Assembly (NCBI GenBank): GCA_027371545.1
Contig: DAHXMW010000010.1
Location: 2,697-66,696 of the forward strand
Direction: 5' to 3'
Source of the DNA: Candidatus Micrarchaeota archaeon
Lineage (GTDB): Archaea > Micrarchaeota > Micrarchaeia > Micrarchaeales > CABMGC01
Length of the DNA: 64,000 nt
Part shown: positions 27,703 through 35,798 of the stretch, piece after piece
Layout of the letters: each line of letters opens with the position of its first letter
Numbering within the stretch: the stretch's first letter is position 1
Notes under the pieces: generated by a model
What the model was told of the DNA's origin: nothing
What the model saw: the letters and a program-made list of their open reading frames with translations, nothing else
The model's database searches: none
Made by a program: the position numbers and the translations under genes

Positions 27703-28109
27703 TGGCATCAGAGAAGCTCTACAGGAAATTTCAGTTCGGGCTATCAGTACTTGGACTTATAATATCCCTTTACCTTACAGCTTACCATTATACCTCAGTG
27801 GTGCCTCTAGCGTGCCCTGATACAGGAATAATAAACTGCGCGAACGTGCTCAACAGCCCGTATGCATATCTTTTTGGGATACCGATAGCCGTATTCGGTG
27901 TGCTCTTCTTTGTCATAGAGATTTACTCCCTCCTAAGGTTAGAGATGGACCAGAGATTTCTCATTAACTCGATAGGGATAGGTTTCGTAGCGTATTTCAT
28001 ATATTTGGAATACAGGATAGGTAATATATGCATTTATTGCACTACGGTGCATGCAATAGTGGTCCTGCTCTTCGCACTCTCGTTGTATGAGGAGCTCAGG
28101 CACAAGTAG
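27702..28109 (+). CDS. Vitamin K epoxide reductase (VKOR) family membrane protein
   Basis: Four TM segments. A loop Cys pair (ACPDTGIINC), NSPYAYLFGIPIAVFG, and CIYC at the start of the last TM. These are the four conserved Cys plus Ser/Thr expected of VKOR homologs. Confidence 0.75.
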   Translation: MASEKLYRKFQFGLSVLGLIISLYLTAYHYTSVVPLACPDTGIINCANVLNSPYAYLFGIPIAVFGVLFFVIEIYSLLRLEMDQRFLINSIGIGFVAYFIYLEYRIGNICIYCTTVHAIVVLLFALSLYEELRHK

Positions 28110-28186
28110 GTATAATTATAAATTTTTGCGCTGAATACTATATTGTCTTGAGTACTGTTATTATCTTCTACTTAAGGTGTAAATAA

Positions 28187-28882
28187 ATGTATCCAAATGT
28201 ACAAGCGTATGATAGAGGAGTAATGTTCAACCCGGATGGAAGGCTCTTTCAGGTAGAGTATGCGAAGGAGGCCGTCAGGAAGGGCGCTACTTCGGTAGGG
28301 CTGATAGGGAAGGATTGCGTAGTATTCGTTGCACATAAGAACATTGTAGAGCCTCTCGCGGTGCCGACTACAATACAGAAGGTCTTTACCATAGACAAGC
28401 ATATAGGCGCAACATACAGCGGGATGGTAGCTGATGGGCTGCACATAATAGACTCCTCAAGGGTCTCGGCCCAGAACCACAGGCTGGTATACGATGATAT
28501 AAAGTCGATAGAGGCGCTCGCAAAGGATATCTCATCTTACATGATGCAGGCAACGCAGTATGGCGGCATGAGGCCATATGCGGTATCCCTGCTCCTTGGG
28601 GGCATAGACGGCGAACCGAGGCTCTTCGAGATTGAACCTGGAGCATCCTTCCTTGGATACAAGGCAGACGCGATAGGCTCAGGAAAGAAGGTAGCTACTG
28701 AGATGCTTATGAAGGAATACAAGGACAATATGGAGCTGGAAGATGCAATAGGCCTTGGAATAAAGATAATAAGGAAGGCAAGCGACGCGGATGTCAACCA
28801 GGACAGCCTTGACATAGGGTATCTTACTTCAGAGAAGGATTTCGCCGTCCTTAAGCCTGATGAGGTAAAGGATTATCTTTGA
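28187..28882 (+). CDS. psmA: Proteasome subunit alpha
   Basis: YDRGVMFNPDGRLFQVEYAKEAVRKGATSVG is the canonical alpha-subunit N-terminus. Confidence 0.92.
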   Translation: MYPNVQAYDRGVMFNPDGRLFQVEYAKEAVRKGATSVGLIGKDCVVFVAHKNIVEPLAVPTTIQKVFTIDKHIGATYSGMVADGLHIIDSSRVSAQNHRLVYDDIKSIEALAKDISSYMMQATQYGGMRPYAVSLLLGGIDGEPRLFEIEPGASFLGYKADAIGSGKKVATEMLMKEYKDNMELEDAIGLGIKIIRKASDADVNQDSLDIGYLTSEKDFAVLKPDEVKDYL

Positions 28883-28912
28883 ATTTTGTTTTTATGTTTT
28901 GTAGTGTAGTTT

Positions 28913-29599
28913 ATGTCTAAAACAGTAATAGCGAAATATGCCGTAGGAGGCAAGAACTTTGAAATATTTGTCAACTCTGACCAGGCATACGAATACATAA
29001 GCGGCAAGAGATCAGATCCGCTCGCTGCGCTTGAGGTAGATGAGATATTCTCCGATGCCAACAAAGGGGAGAGGCAGAGCGCAGAAGCGGTGAAGAAGGC
29101 GTTCGGGACAGAGGATAGGGCAAAGATTGTTGAGACGATACTTAAGAAGGGCAATGTGCCGGTAACCACAGAGCAGAGGAACAAGATGCTCGAAGAGAAA
29201 AGGAAGCAGATAATAACCATAATAGCGACTAACTCTATAGACCCGAGGACAGGTGCACCGCATCCCGCACAGAGGATTGAGAATGCGATGAAGGAGGTGC
29301 GCGTGCAGATAGACCCTTTCAAGAACGCCACTGAGCAGGTGGATTCTGTAGTTAAGCAGCTAAGCGCCAGGCTTCCCATAAAGTTTGCCACTGCAAGGAT
29401 GGATGTGATAATACCTGCAGAATATGCGAACAGATGTTATGGTCTACTCAAGCAGTACGGCCTCAAGTCAGAGAAATGGCTTGACAACGGCTCGCTCAAT
29501 GCGGAGGTGGAGTTTCCTGCAGGGCTGCAGGGAGAGTTCTTCGAGAAACTCAATTCTTTTACAAAAGGTAATGCAATAGCTAAAAAAATAGGTAGTTAG
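28913..29599 (+). CDS. SBDS-family ribosome maturation protein
   Basis: AKYAVGGKNFEIFVNSDQAYEY... is an FYSH domain N-terminus. The position between psmA and rrp4 matches the archaeal exosome superoperon. Confidence 0.85.
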   Translation: MSKTVIAKYAVGGKNFEIFVNSDQAYEYISGKRSDPLAALEVDEIFSDANKGERQSAEAVKKAFGTEDRAKIVETILKKGNVPVTTEQRNKMLEEKRKQIITIIATNSIDPRTGAPHPAQRIENAMKEVRVQIDPFKNATEQVDSVVKQLSARLPIKFATARMDVIIPAEYANRCYGLLKQYGLKSEKWLDNGSLNAEVEFPAGLQGEFFEKLNSFTKGNAIAKKIGS

Positions 29600-30199
29600 A
29601 TGGGCACTATAGTGGTTCCAGGCGAAGTACTGGAGAGATTCAATGGAAGATCAGATAACGTCTTCTTAGACGGGAACAAGGCTTATTCGAAGGTTTTAGG
29701 AGTATATGACAGCGAGAAGGGCGTGCTTACGCCGCTCGAGGGGCTGTGGTACCCTAGGATGGGAGACACAGTGATAGGCATCGTGGAGGAGGATAAATTT
29801 AACATTTACACTGTTTATCTGAATGCACCTTACAAAGGCATAGCGATGTCCAAGTTCATAGAGGAGCCGCTTGCCGCAGGGGACATAATAGAAGCTGTCA
29901 TAAAGGACATAGACAGGACAAAGACTGCTGTGCTTACGCGCGTCAGGAAGCTTAATGGAGGAAAGATAATCTCGGTGAAGCCCTCGAAGATACCGCGCAT
30001 TATGGGCCGCGGGGACACCATGATAAAGCAGCTTGTCCAGTGGACCAAATGCACGCTGGTGGTAGGGCTGAATGGAGTAATATGGATTAGCGGGGGCAAT
30101 TACGATCTTGCCGCAGAGGCTATATTCAAGATAGTTGAGGAGGCGCATACGCAGGGGCTTACGGAGCGCGTGAAGGAATTGCTCGAGGGCAAGAAGTGA
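29600..30199 (+). CDS. rrp4: Exosome complex RNA-binding protein Rrp4 (S1 + KH)
   Basis: VVPGEVL, an S1-like segment (GDTVIGIVEEDKFNIYTVYLNAPYKGIA) and a KH segment (PRIMGRGDTMIKQLVQWTKCTLVVGLNGVIWI). Superoperon position. Confidence 0.8.
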   Translation: MGTIVVPGEVLERFNGRSDNVFLDGNKAYSKVLGVYDSEKGVLTPLEGLWYPRMGDTVIGIVEEDKFNIYTVYLNAPYKGIAMSKFIEEPLAAGDIIEAVIKDIDRTKTAVLTRVRKLNGGKIISVKPSKIPRIMGRGDTMIKQLVQWTKCTLVVGLNGVIWISGGNYDLAAEAIFKIVEEAHTQGLTERVKELLEGKK

Positions 30200-30203
30200 T
30201 ATT

Positions 30204-30944
30204 ATGTCTGGAGGAACTGATAAACCCGAATTGATAGTAAATGGAAGGAGGCTTGACGGAAGGGATATGGGCGACCTGAGGGAAGTGAAGATAGAAGCAG
30301 GCACGCTGAAGAATGCCGACGGATCTGCTTATATAGAATGGGGCAACAACAAGATACTTGCTGCAGTCTACGGCCCTAAGGAAGCGCTTCCGAAGCATAT
30401 AGCTGATCCAGAGAGGGCAGTCATAAGGTGCAGGTATTCGATGGCGCCTTTCTCTTCTCTAGAGGAACACGGGCGCTCAGGGCCAAACAGGAGGGCTATT
30501 GAGATATCAAAGGTTACCAAAGAGGTATTTGAGAAGGTGGTGGTGCTTGAGGATTTCCCTGGCAGCAAGATAGATCTCTTCATAGAGGTGCTTCAGGGCG
30601 ATGGAGGGACAAGGGCAGCTGGGATAACTGCTGCTGCAGTGGCCTTTGCGTCCTCGGGGATACCTATGCTCGACCTTCCTTATGCGGTCTCGGTTGGAAA
30701 GATAGGGGAGCATGTAGTGCTGGACCTAAACAAGATTGAGGATAATTACTCTGACGCTGATATGCCTGTGGCAATAGGCCCGAGGCTCAATGAGGTACTG
30801 CTCCTGCAGATGGACGGGAATATGAGCAGGCAGGACATCTCGAAGGGGCTTGATATGGTAATCAAGTCAGGAAGCGTGATAAGCCAGATACAGAAGGCTG
30901 CGCTGAAGGAACCTTACGAGAAGGTCGCTAGCAGGTATAGGTAG
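30204..30944 (+). CDS. rrp41: Exosome complex exonuclease Rrp41 (RNase PH fold)
   Basis: RLDGRDMGDLREVKIEAGTLKNADGSAYIEWGNNKILAAVYGPKE and LQGDGGTRAAGITAAAVA. Confidence 0.9.
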   Translation: MSGGTDKPELIVNGRRLDGRDMGDLREVKIEAGTLKNADGSAYIEWGNNKILAAVYGPKEALPKHIADPERAVIRCRYSMAPFSSLEEHGRSGPNRRAIEISKVTKEVFEKVVVLEDFPGSKIDLFIEVLQGDGGTRAAGITAAAVAFASSGIPMLDLPYAVSVGKIGEHVVLDLNKIEDNYSDADMPVAIGPRLNEVLLLQMDGNMSRQDISKGLDMVIKSGSVISQIQKAALKEPYEKVASRYR

Positions 30945-31739
30945 GTGGTGTTTATGACTATAAGAAAAGCAATGGTAGGATATGTGGAGAGTATGGTGAA
31001 GAAGGGGTTGCGGGAAGATGGAAGAGACTTCCTGAGTTACAGAAATATAAGGATAAATACGGGAAAGATTCCAAATGCCGAAGGATCTGCTGAAGTAGAC
31101 CTAGGCTACACTAAAGTTCTCGCCGGTGTTAAGGTTGGCATAGGTGAGCCTATGAAGGATAAGCCGGATGAAGGAAATCTTCTCACCTCTGCCGAGCTGC
31201 TTCCTCTGGCATCTGAGGAGTATGATATAGGCCCGCCTAGCCCCGAGGCTATAGAACTGGCCAGGGTGGTGGACAGGGGAATACGGGCAGCCGGAGTGAT
31301 AGATACAAAATCATTGTTTATAGAGGAGGGCAAGGTATGGGAGATCTTCATAGACATCTACGTACTCAATTACGATGGCAACCTATTCGATGCGGGTACT
31401 ATAGCCGCTTCTGCTGCACTCGCTAGTGCGAGAATGCCCAAGTATGAGGACGAGAAAGTTATACGGGAAGGCAATCTCGGGAGGCTGAAGACAGGGAATG
31501 TTGTCACCTCTTGCACCTTTGCAAAGCTTGGCTCGGCTGTGCTCCTTGATCCCGATGGAAATGAGGAGACTGCCATGGATGGGCGATTGACCATGGCGAA
31601 TGATGAGAATGCGGTTAGGGCGATGCAGAAAGGGCTTAGCGGATCCTTCTCGTTCGGAGAAATAGACAAGGCAATAGAGATGTCCTTTGAGAGATCCAAG
31701 GACCTCAGGAAGATTATAAAGAATTCTACAGGTGAATGA
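30945..31739 (+). CDS. rrp42: Exosome complex protein Rrp42 (RNase PH fold)
   Basis: GLREDGRDFLSYRNIRINTGKIPNAEGSAEVDLGYTKVLAGVK. GTG start directly after the rrp41 stop (alternative ATG at 30954). Confidence 0.85.
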   Translation: MVFMTIRKAMVGYVESMVKKGLREDGRDFLSYRNIRINTGKIPNAEGSAEVDLGYTKVLAGVKVGIGEPMKDKPDEGNLLTSAELLPLASEEYDIGPPSPEAIELARVVDRGIRAAGVIDTKSLFIEEGKVWEIFIDIYVLNYDGNLFDAGTIAASAALASARMPKYEDEKVIREGNLGRLKTGNVVTSCTFAKLGSAVLLDPDGNEETAMDGRLTMANDENAVRAMQKGLSGSFSFGEIDKAIEMSFERSKDLRKIIKNSTGE

Positions 31740-31967
31740 GTGGCAAAATATAATGTCAGATATGGAGTGAGCCTTAGGAACAGGTACGAAGCGGTTAAAG
31801 CAGACAAGAGGAAAAGGTACAAGTGCGACATCTGCGGCAAGGAAGCCGTTAAGAGGCGCAGCAACGGAATATGGGAGTGCAGGAGCTGCCAGTCCATATT
31901 CGCCGGAGGCGCGTATACTCCAAGGACCTCTGCTGGAGAGACGGTAAGCAGGCTCCTTGGAAGGTAA
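31740..31967 (+). CDS. rpl37ae: 50S ribosomal protein L37Ae (eL43)
   Basis: RYGVSLRNRY...YKCDICGKEAVKRRSNGIWECRSCQSIFAGGAYTP is the C4 zinc ribbon of eL43. GTG start directly after the rrp42 stop. Confidence 0.85.
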   Translation: MAKYNVRYGVSLRNRYEAVKADKRKRYKCDICGKEAVKRRSNGIWECRSCQSIFAGGAYTPRTSAGETVSRLLGR

Positions 31968-31971
31968 TAAT

Positions 31972-32337
31972 ATGGTAAGGATAACGTATTCGCCGATAAA
32001 AGATCTTGTGATACATGAGATGATAGAGCTGAGCAAGGAGGACCTTATGCGCGAGAGGGTAACTCCTGCCGGGACTATGCCCTTGTATTGGTGCGACGGT
32101 ATACTCTTCACCTTCTCCTCCCTGCCCATGACTGATGAGATAGTCAAGGACTATGTCAATGGCAAGACGCACTGGGTCGAGGTGCACTTTGCGCGGATGG
32201 ACAATTTTGTCCCTGTCCTCTCGCTTAGCGAGGAAGAATACAAGACAGCGATGAATATAAGGGTTATAGATACTGGCGTGTCAAGCCTTCACAAAGAATT
32301 TATAAAGTGGTTGAAGGATAATATTGTAAAGAAGTGA
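31972..32337 (+). CDS. Hypothetical protein in the exosome superoperon
   Basis: 121 aa from ATG 31972 (MVRITYSPIKDLV...), tightly packed between rpl37ae and rpoP. I recognise no family. Confidence 0.5.
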   Translation: MVRITYSPIKDLVIHEMIELSKEDLMRERVTPAGTMPLYWCDGILFTFSSLPMTDEIVKDYVNGKTHWVEVHFARMDNFVPVLSLSEEEYKTAMNIRVIDTGVSSLHKEFIKWLKDNIVKK

Positions 32338-32341
32338 GCGA

Positions 32342-32473
32342 ATGGCTTATGTTTGCATACATTGCGGAAAAGAGCTGAAGAACCTCGAGAAGTTCATGAG
32401 GTGCCCGTATTGCGGATACAGGGTACTGGCAAAGAAGAGATCGTCTATAGCCAAGGAACTCTCAACTGACTGA
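32342..32473 (+). CDS. rpoP: DNA-directed RNA polymerase subunit P (Rpo12/RPABC4)
   Basis: Below the ORF-track length cut-off. Manual translation gives MAYVCIHCGKELKNLEKFMRCPYCGYRVLAKKRSSIAKELSTD, a 43-aa CxxC...CxxC zinc ribbon. The position after L37Ae is as expected. Confidence 0.75.
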   Translation: MAYVCIHCGKELKNLEKFMRCPYCGYRVLAKKRSSIAKELSTD

Positions 32474-32482
32474 ATGGCGCGG

Positions 32483-32722
32483 CTATTCCTCGCCGACTAT
32501 TATTGTCTGCGAGACCTTTCTTACGCGCTTGAAGTCTACGCTGTTCTTGAAGAGGTCTTTGCGCACGTTGCTGCTGCGCATCAGGCTGCTTATGTTGCTG
32601 AATAGTAGCTTTGCGACCGTGCCGTCATCCATGTTCAGTATCACGTCCTTGACCTCTCCCAGGACCTTGCCGCTCGTAGAGATTACTTTCTTATCGTAAA
32701 GCTCCGAAATATTTATTGTCAT
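32483..32722 (-). CDS. PRC-barrel domain protein
   Basis: ISELYDKKVISTSGKVLGEVKDVILNMDDGTVAKLLF is a typical PRC-barrel N-terminus. The start was set at ATG 32722 rather than the upstream TTG. Confidence 0.6.
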   Translation of the reverse strand: MTINISELYDKKVISTSGKVLGEVKDVILNMDDGTVAKLLFSNISSLMRSSNVRKDLFKNSVDFKRVRKVSQTIIVGEE

Positions 32723-32726
32723 GATT

Positions 32727-33293
32727 TCATCCTTCAAGTTTTACTCTATTAATTTTCTTGGAAGCAAATATTCTTATTACGTGTTCCCATATCGCATTTA
32801 TGAATGCCTCCTTGTCCTTCTCCCTTAATGAGAGCTCCTCTTCAGTAAACATCCCGATATTTGAATCTGAGAGGTTGCGTATGTAGTCTTTTGTTATGAA
32901 ATACGATTTGGAATTGCAGGACCTGCAGACAAGCATGGGAAGGGTAGGCACATGTTTTATCTCCTCTATGTTGATAATATCAAGCTCCCGCTGCAGCGCG
33001 GATTCGCCGCATGAGGCACAGGCGGCATTTATCTGCGGAGGCGTGTATGCGCCTTCCTGCTCTATGACAAGCTCCATGCCTTTGCATATGTACTCTGCTA
33101 GAATTTTCTCCGGGTCTGTGGCAGTTTTTCTGTATATCTGATTTGTTGTAGCGCCGTTTGGCGTCATCTCGGTAATCAGTATGCCCTCCTTAGTCTTTTC
33201 CGCGATGTAGTAGCGCCCTCCTGAACTTGTAGGAATTACCTCGGTGCGTACCCTTGGCCCTGCTTTGTAAGCGGTTATCTGCTCATTTGGCAT
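32727..33293 (-). CDS. Hypothetical protein with a CxxC...CxxC zinc-ribbon-like element
   Basis: 188 aa. Contains ACASCGESAL and LVCRSCNSKSY. The start overlaps the stop of the upstream histone-fold gene by 11 nt. Confidence 0.45.
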   Translation of the reverse strand: MPNEQITAYKAGPRVRTEVIPTSSGGRYYIAEKTKEGILITEMTPNGATTNQIYRKTATDPEKILAEYICKGMELVIEQEGAYTPPQINAACASCGESALQRELDIINIEEIKHVPTLPMLVCRSCNSKSYFITKDYIRNLSDSNIGMFTEEELSLREKDKEAFINAIWEHVIRIFASKKINRVKLEG

Positions 33294-33531
33294 CCGTCTC
33301 GCCCTTTAGCCTGTAGTCGGATATGTCCTTCTTTGTAACTTTTGACCTCTTCTCGCTTGCTGCATTCCTTACCGCGAATTCGGATATCCTTCTTGCCTCC
33401 TCTTCGAGCATGCGCGCCATCTCCTCCGCTCCGCTCTCCGTTATGTTTGCCTTGAACTTGTTCTTTATCAGTTTTTTTATCTCTTCCCTGGAGATGTTTG
33501 CCATTGAATCAGCACTCAAGATCCTCATCAT
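33283..33531 (-). CDS. Histone-fold protein (archaeal histone/NF-Y-like)
   Basis: The helix-loop-helix-loop-helix layout is REEIKKLIKNK - ANITESG - AEEMARMLEEEARRISEFAVRNAASEKR - SKVTKKD - ISDY. Confidence 0.5.
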   Translation of the reverse strand: MMRILSADSMANISREEIKKLIKNKFKANITESGAEEMARMLEEEARRISEFAVRNAASEKRSKVTKKDISDYRLKGETDAK

Positions 33532-33617
33532 GAATCAGATCTTTTACTCATCATCTCAGTTACTATTCCACTGCATGATATATTAGCTTTTTCTAGTTAT
33601 CCGTGCCGTTCCTGTAG

Positions 33618-33980
33618 CTACCTGATAACGTATACTATGCTGCCAGGCTCCACCTTGTACCGTAGCTTTATCCCTATCTCATCGCCCTCTCCTGCACTAG
33701 TGACATCCTCTCTGTTTATCTGCATGCTAGCTACCCTCTGCCGCACGGCTTCCTCCTCCGTTCCTATCTCTATTATCTCGCCCTGGCTCAGGGAGCCTTC
33801 AAGCCTTATCGCGGCTACCCCTATCTTGCTGTAGAATTGCATGACTGTGCCTATACGCTCCTTTCCCTTTCCAATTCCTGCAATATTCGCTGCGGCAGAT
33901 GAGCGAAGCCTCTCCTCTTTCTCCTCTGAGGCTTCAAGTGCTGCTATTACCCCGTCCAGATCGTTTGTTCTTCTGCCCAT
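33618..33980 (-). CDS. Hypothetical protein with a translation-factor domain-2-like beta-barrel
   Basis: GTVMQFYSKIGVAAIRLEGSLSQGEIIEIGT...INREDVTSAGEGDEIGIKL resembles an EF-Tu domain 2 barrel. The start was moved to ATG 33980 so that it no longer overlaps iscU. Confidence 0.4.
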   Translation of the reverse strand: MGRRTNDLDGVIAALEASEEKEERLRSSAAANIAGIGKGKERIGTVMQFYSKIGVAAIRLEGSLSQGEIIEIGTEEEAVRQRVASMQINREDVTSAGEGDEIGIKLRYKVEPGSIVYVIR

Positions 33981-33990
33981 GCAAGCACCG

Positions 33991-34395
33991 CTACAGCTCT
34001 TTGGTATCCCTGTCAATTGGCTTTTTCTGATAAATAAGAAGCGCCTTCCTTGCAGCACGGAGCGTGAGGGTTGCGCAATGCAGCCTTGACGGGCCAGGAT
34101 CTATGTTTATTATGGAGACAAGCTTGTCCTTGCCCATCTTCTCGACTTCTTCGATTGTTTTGCCCTTGAGATAATCCATGAGTATGCTTGCTGTTCCCAT
34201 GGATATAACGCACCCGCTGCCTTCGAATGAGATATCGCTTATCCTTCCCTCTTTTACCTTAAGATAGACTGTTATCCTGTCGCCGCAGGATATATTTTCC
34301 TCATGTATCGAGACGTCTGCGTCTCCCATCTTTGATTTGCCGTGCGGATGCTCATAGTTGAATATAAGCTCTTCAGCGTATGCTCCCAAATCCAT
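33991..34395 (-). CDS. iscU: IscU/SufU-type Fe-S cluster assembly scaffold
   Basis: YEHPHGKSKM, NISCGDRITVYLKV, FEGSGCVISMGTASIL and RLHCATLTLRA carry the three conserved Cys of the NifU N-terminal domain. Confidence 0.8.
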   Translation of the reverse strand: MDLGAYAEELIFNYEHPHGKSKMGDADVSIHEENISCGDRITVYLKVKEGRISDISFEGSGCVISMGTASILMDYLKGKTIEEVEKMGKDKLVSIINIDPGPSRLHCATLTLRAARKALLIYQKKPIDRDTKEL

Positions 34396-34399
34396 GCAA

Positions 34400-34798
34400 C
34401 TACCTGCCAAAAATCCTCATATGCTCCTTCATCATGCATCTGTCCTGCACAAAGTCCATCCCGCATGATAAAGAATACTTCTCGGCATCAGCGTTAGTGA
34501 TGCCTTCCTGCAGCCATAGGGCTTTTGCCCCGTTCTCAAAAGCCTCCTTAGCTATTTTATATGCCTCGCCAGAGGGCCTGAATACATCAACCGTATCGAA
34601 GCTCCCCTTAGCCTCTGCAAGGCTCTTAAGTGCTTTAATGCCCAATATTGAATCTGCAAAAGGGTTTATCGGTATTATGCGGTATCCCTGCGATGCGAGA
34701 TACTCGGGAACGTATCCGCTCGGTTTGGAGGCGTCCCTTGAGCATCCCACTACGGCTATAACCCTGGCACTTTCCAATATCTTCTTTGCCATATCCAT
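34400..34798 (-). CDS. CoA-binding domain protein (YccU-like)
   Basis: ARVIAVVGCSRDASKPSGYVPEYLASQGYRIIPINP and VDVFRPSGEA. Confidence 0.75.
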   Translation of the reverse strand: MDMAKKILESARVIAVVGCSRDASKPSGYVPEYLASQGYRIIPINPFADSILGIKALKSLAEAKGSFDTVDVFRPSGEAYKIAKEAFENGAKALWLQEGITNADAEKYSLSCGMDFVQDRCMMKEHMRIFGR

Positions 34799-35382
34799 TA
34801 ATTTTTACCTAGACGCGCCGATATTGGATTCGGCACGACAGATATTATCTTGTATAATATGTTATTTATCCTTTCCTTATTTCTTATTATCGCGTAGCCT
34901 ACGGCTATGCTTATTATGAATCCTGCAATCACGTCGGTAAGGTAATGCTGCCCGAGGTAGACCCTGCCAAATAGAACAAGGAACAGCCATACTATATACA
35001 TTATGTTAAGGTATTTGTATGTCCTTGTTATGAAGTACAATCCTGTCAGTGTTGTTGCATGGCTTGACGGAAATGAGAAGCTGCTCTCGCAGCCCACCTT
35101 GTTTATCCAGTAAAGGGAGCTGACATCGCATGGTCTGGGTTCCCTGACTATCAGTTTTATAGTCTCGCTTATCGCGTAGAGGAATACAACCGAGAAGGCG
35201 AATAGCATAGCGTTCCTGTCTTTCCGGTATATCAGGTAGACAAGTATCAGGGGAAGCACTATGAAGAAGCTGGAACCTATGTATGCCATTACTGTGTTGA
35301 GAGACGGATTTGCAAGAGAGTCTACCGCATGGAATGCCGCTATGTTTATACCAGTGGTAAGGTTGGATATGTTGAGCTGCAT
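34798..35382 (-). CDS. PAP2-family membrane phosphatase
   Basis: The three PAP2 motifs are present: KLIVREPRP, SFPSSHA and GRVYLGQHYLTDV. Multiple TM segments. Confidence 0.75.
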   Translation of the reverse strand: MQLNISNLTTGINIAAFHAVDSLANPSLNTVMAYIGSSFFIVLPLILVYLIYRKDRNAMLFAFSVVFLYAISETIKLIVREPRPCDVSSLYWINKVGCESSFSFPSSHATTLTGLYFITRTYKYLNIMYIVWLFLVLFGRVYLGQHYLTDVIAGFIISIAVGYAIIRNKERINNILYKIISVVPNPISARLGKN

Positions 35383-35419
35383 GAATTAATATAATAATGG
35401 CTATTTTTAAAATAATAGC

Positions 35420-35785
35420 ATGGATTGCATTGTTGTTGATACAAGTTCCGTAATATATGCCACCGCTCACAGAAAGGATATATGCGAGAGTCTTCTCGCT
35501 GGAATGGGCCTGAAGGCGGTAGTCTCGTCAGGTGTACTTAGGGAGCTCAGGAAGATAGGCGACGGGAAGGGCTCTAATGCAGGAAGTGCGCGTGCGGGGG
35601 CGGTTTTACTTAAGAACCATGGGGTAAAGGTAATAAATAATAATTCTTATGTTGATATATGGATAGAGGAATATGCCTTGAGGCATAGGCTTCCTGTCTG
35701 CACCAACGATACAAAACTTAAAAAGAGGCTAAGTGCTGAAGGCCTAAGCGTATTCAGCGTATCCTCTGATGGAAAAATAAGATAG
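35420..35785 (+). CDS. PIN-domain protein (Fcf1/Utp24-like)
   Basis: MDCIVVDTSSVIY (first acidic residue) and PVCTNDTKLKKRL (C-terminal TND motif). It sits upstream of rpoE, as is common in archaea. Confidence 0.65.
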   Translation: MDCIVVDTSSVIYATAHRKDICESLLAGMGLKAVVSSGVLRELRKIGDGKGSNAGSARAGAVLLKNHGVKVINNNSYVDIWIEEYALRHRLPVCTNDTKLKKRLSAEGLSVFSVSSDGKIR

Positions 35786-35798
35786 AATGGTTGATTGA

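Noticed and set aside
29696-30304. 202-aa minus-strand ORF
   Set aside because: Antisense shadow of rrp4/rrp41. No motifs, and it would break the conserved superoperon.
31383-32147. 254-aa and 175-aa minus-strand ORFs
   Set aside because: Antisense to rrp42, rpl37ae and the 121-aa ORF. Ser/Leu/Pro-rich shadow-frame composition.
33981-34058. 26-codon N-terminal extension of the beta-barrel ORF (33618..34058)
   Set aside because: It would overlap the 3' end of iscU by 68 nt. The internal ATG at 33980 leaves a 10-nt gap and a sensible N-terminus.
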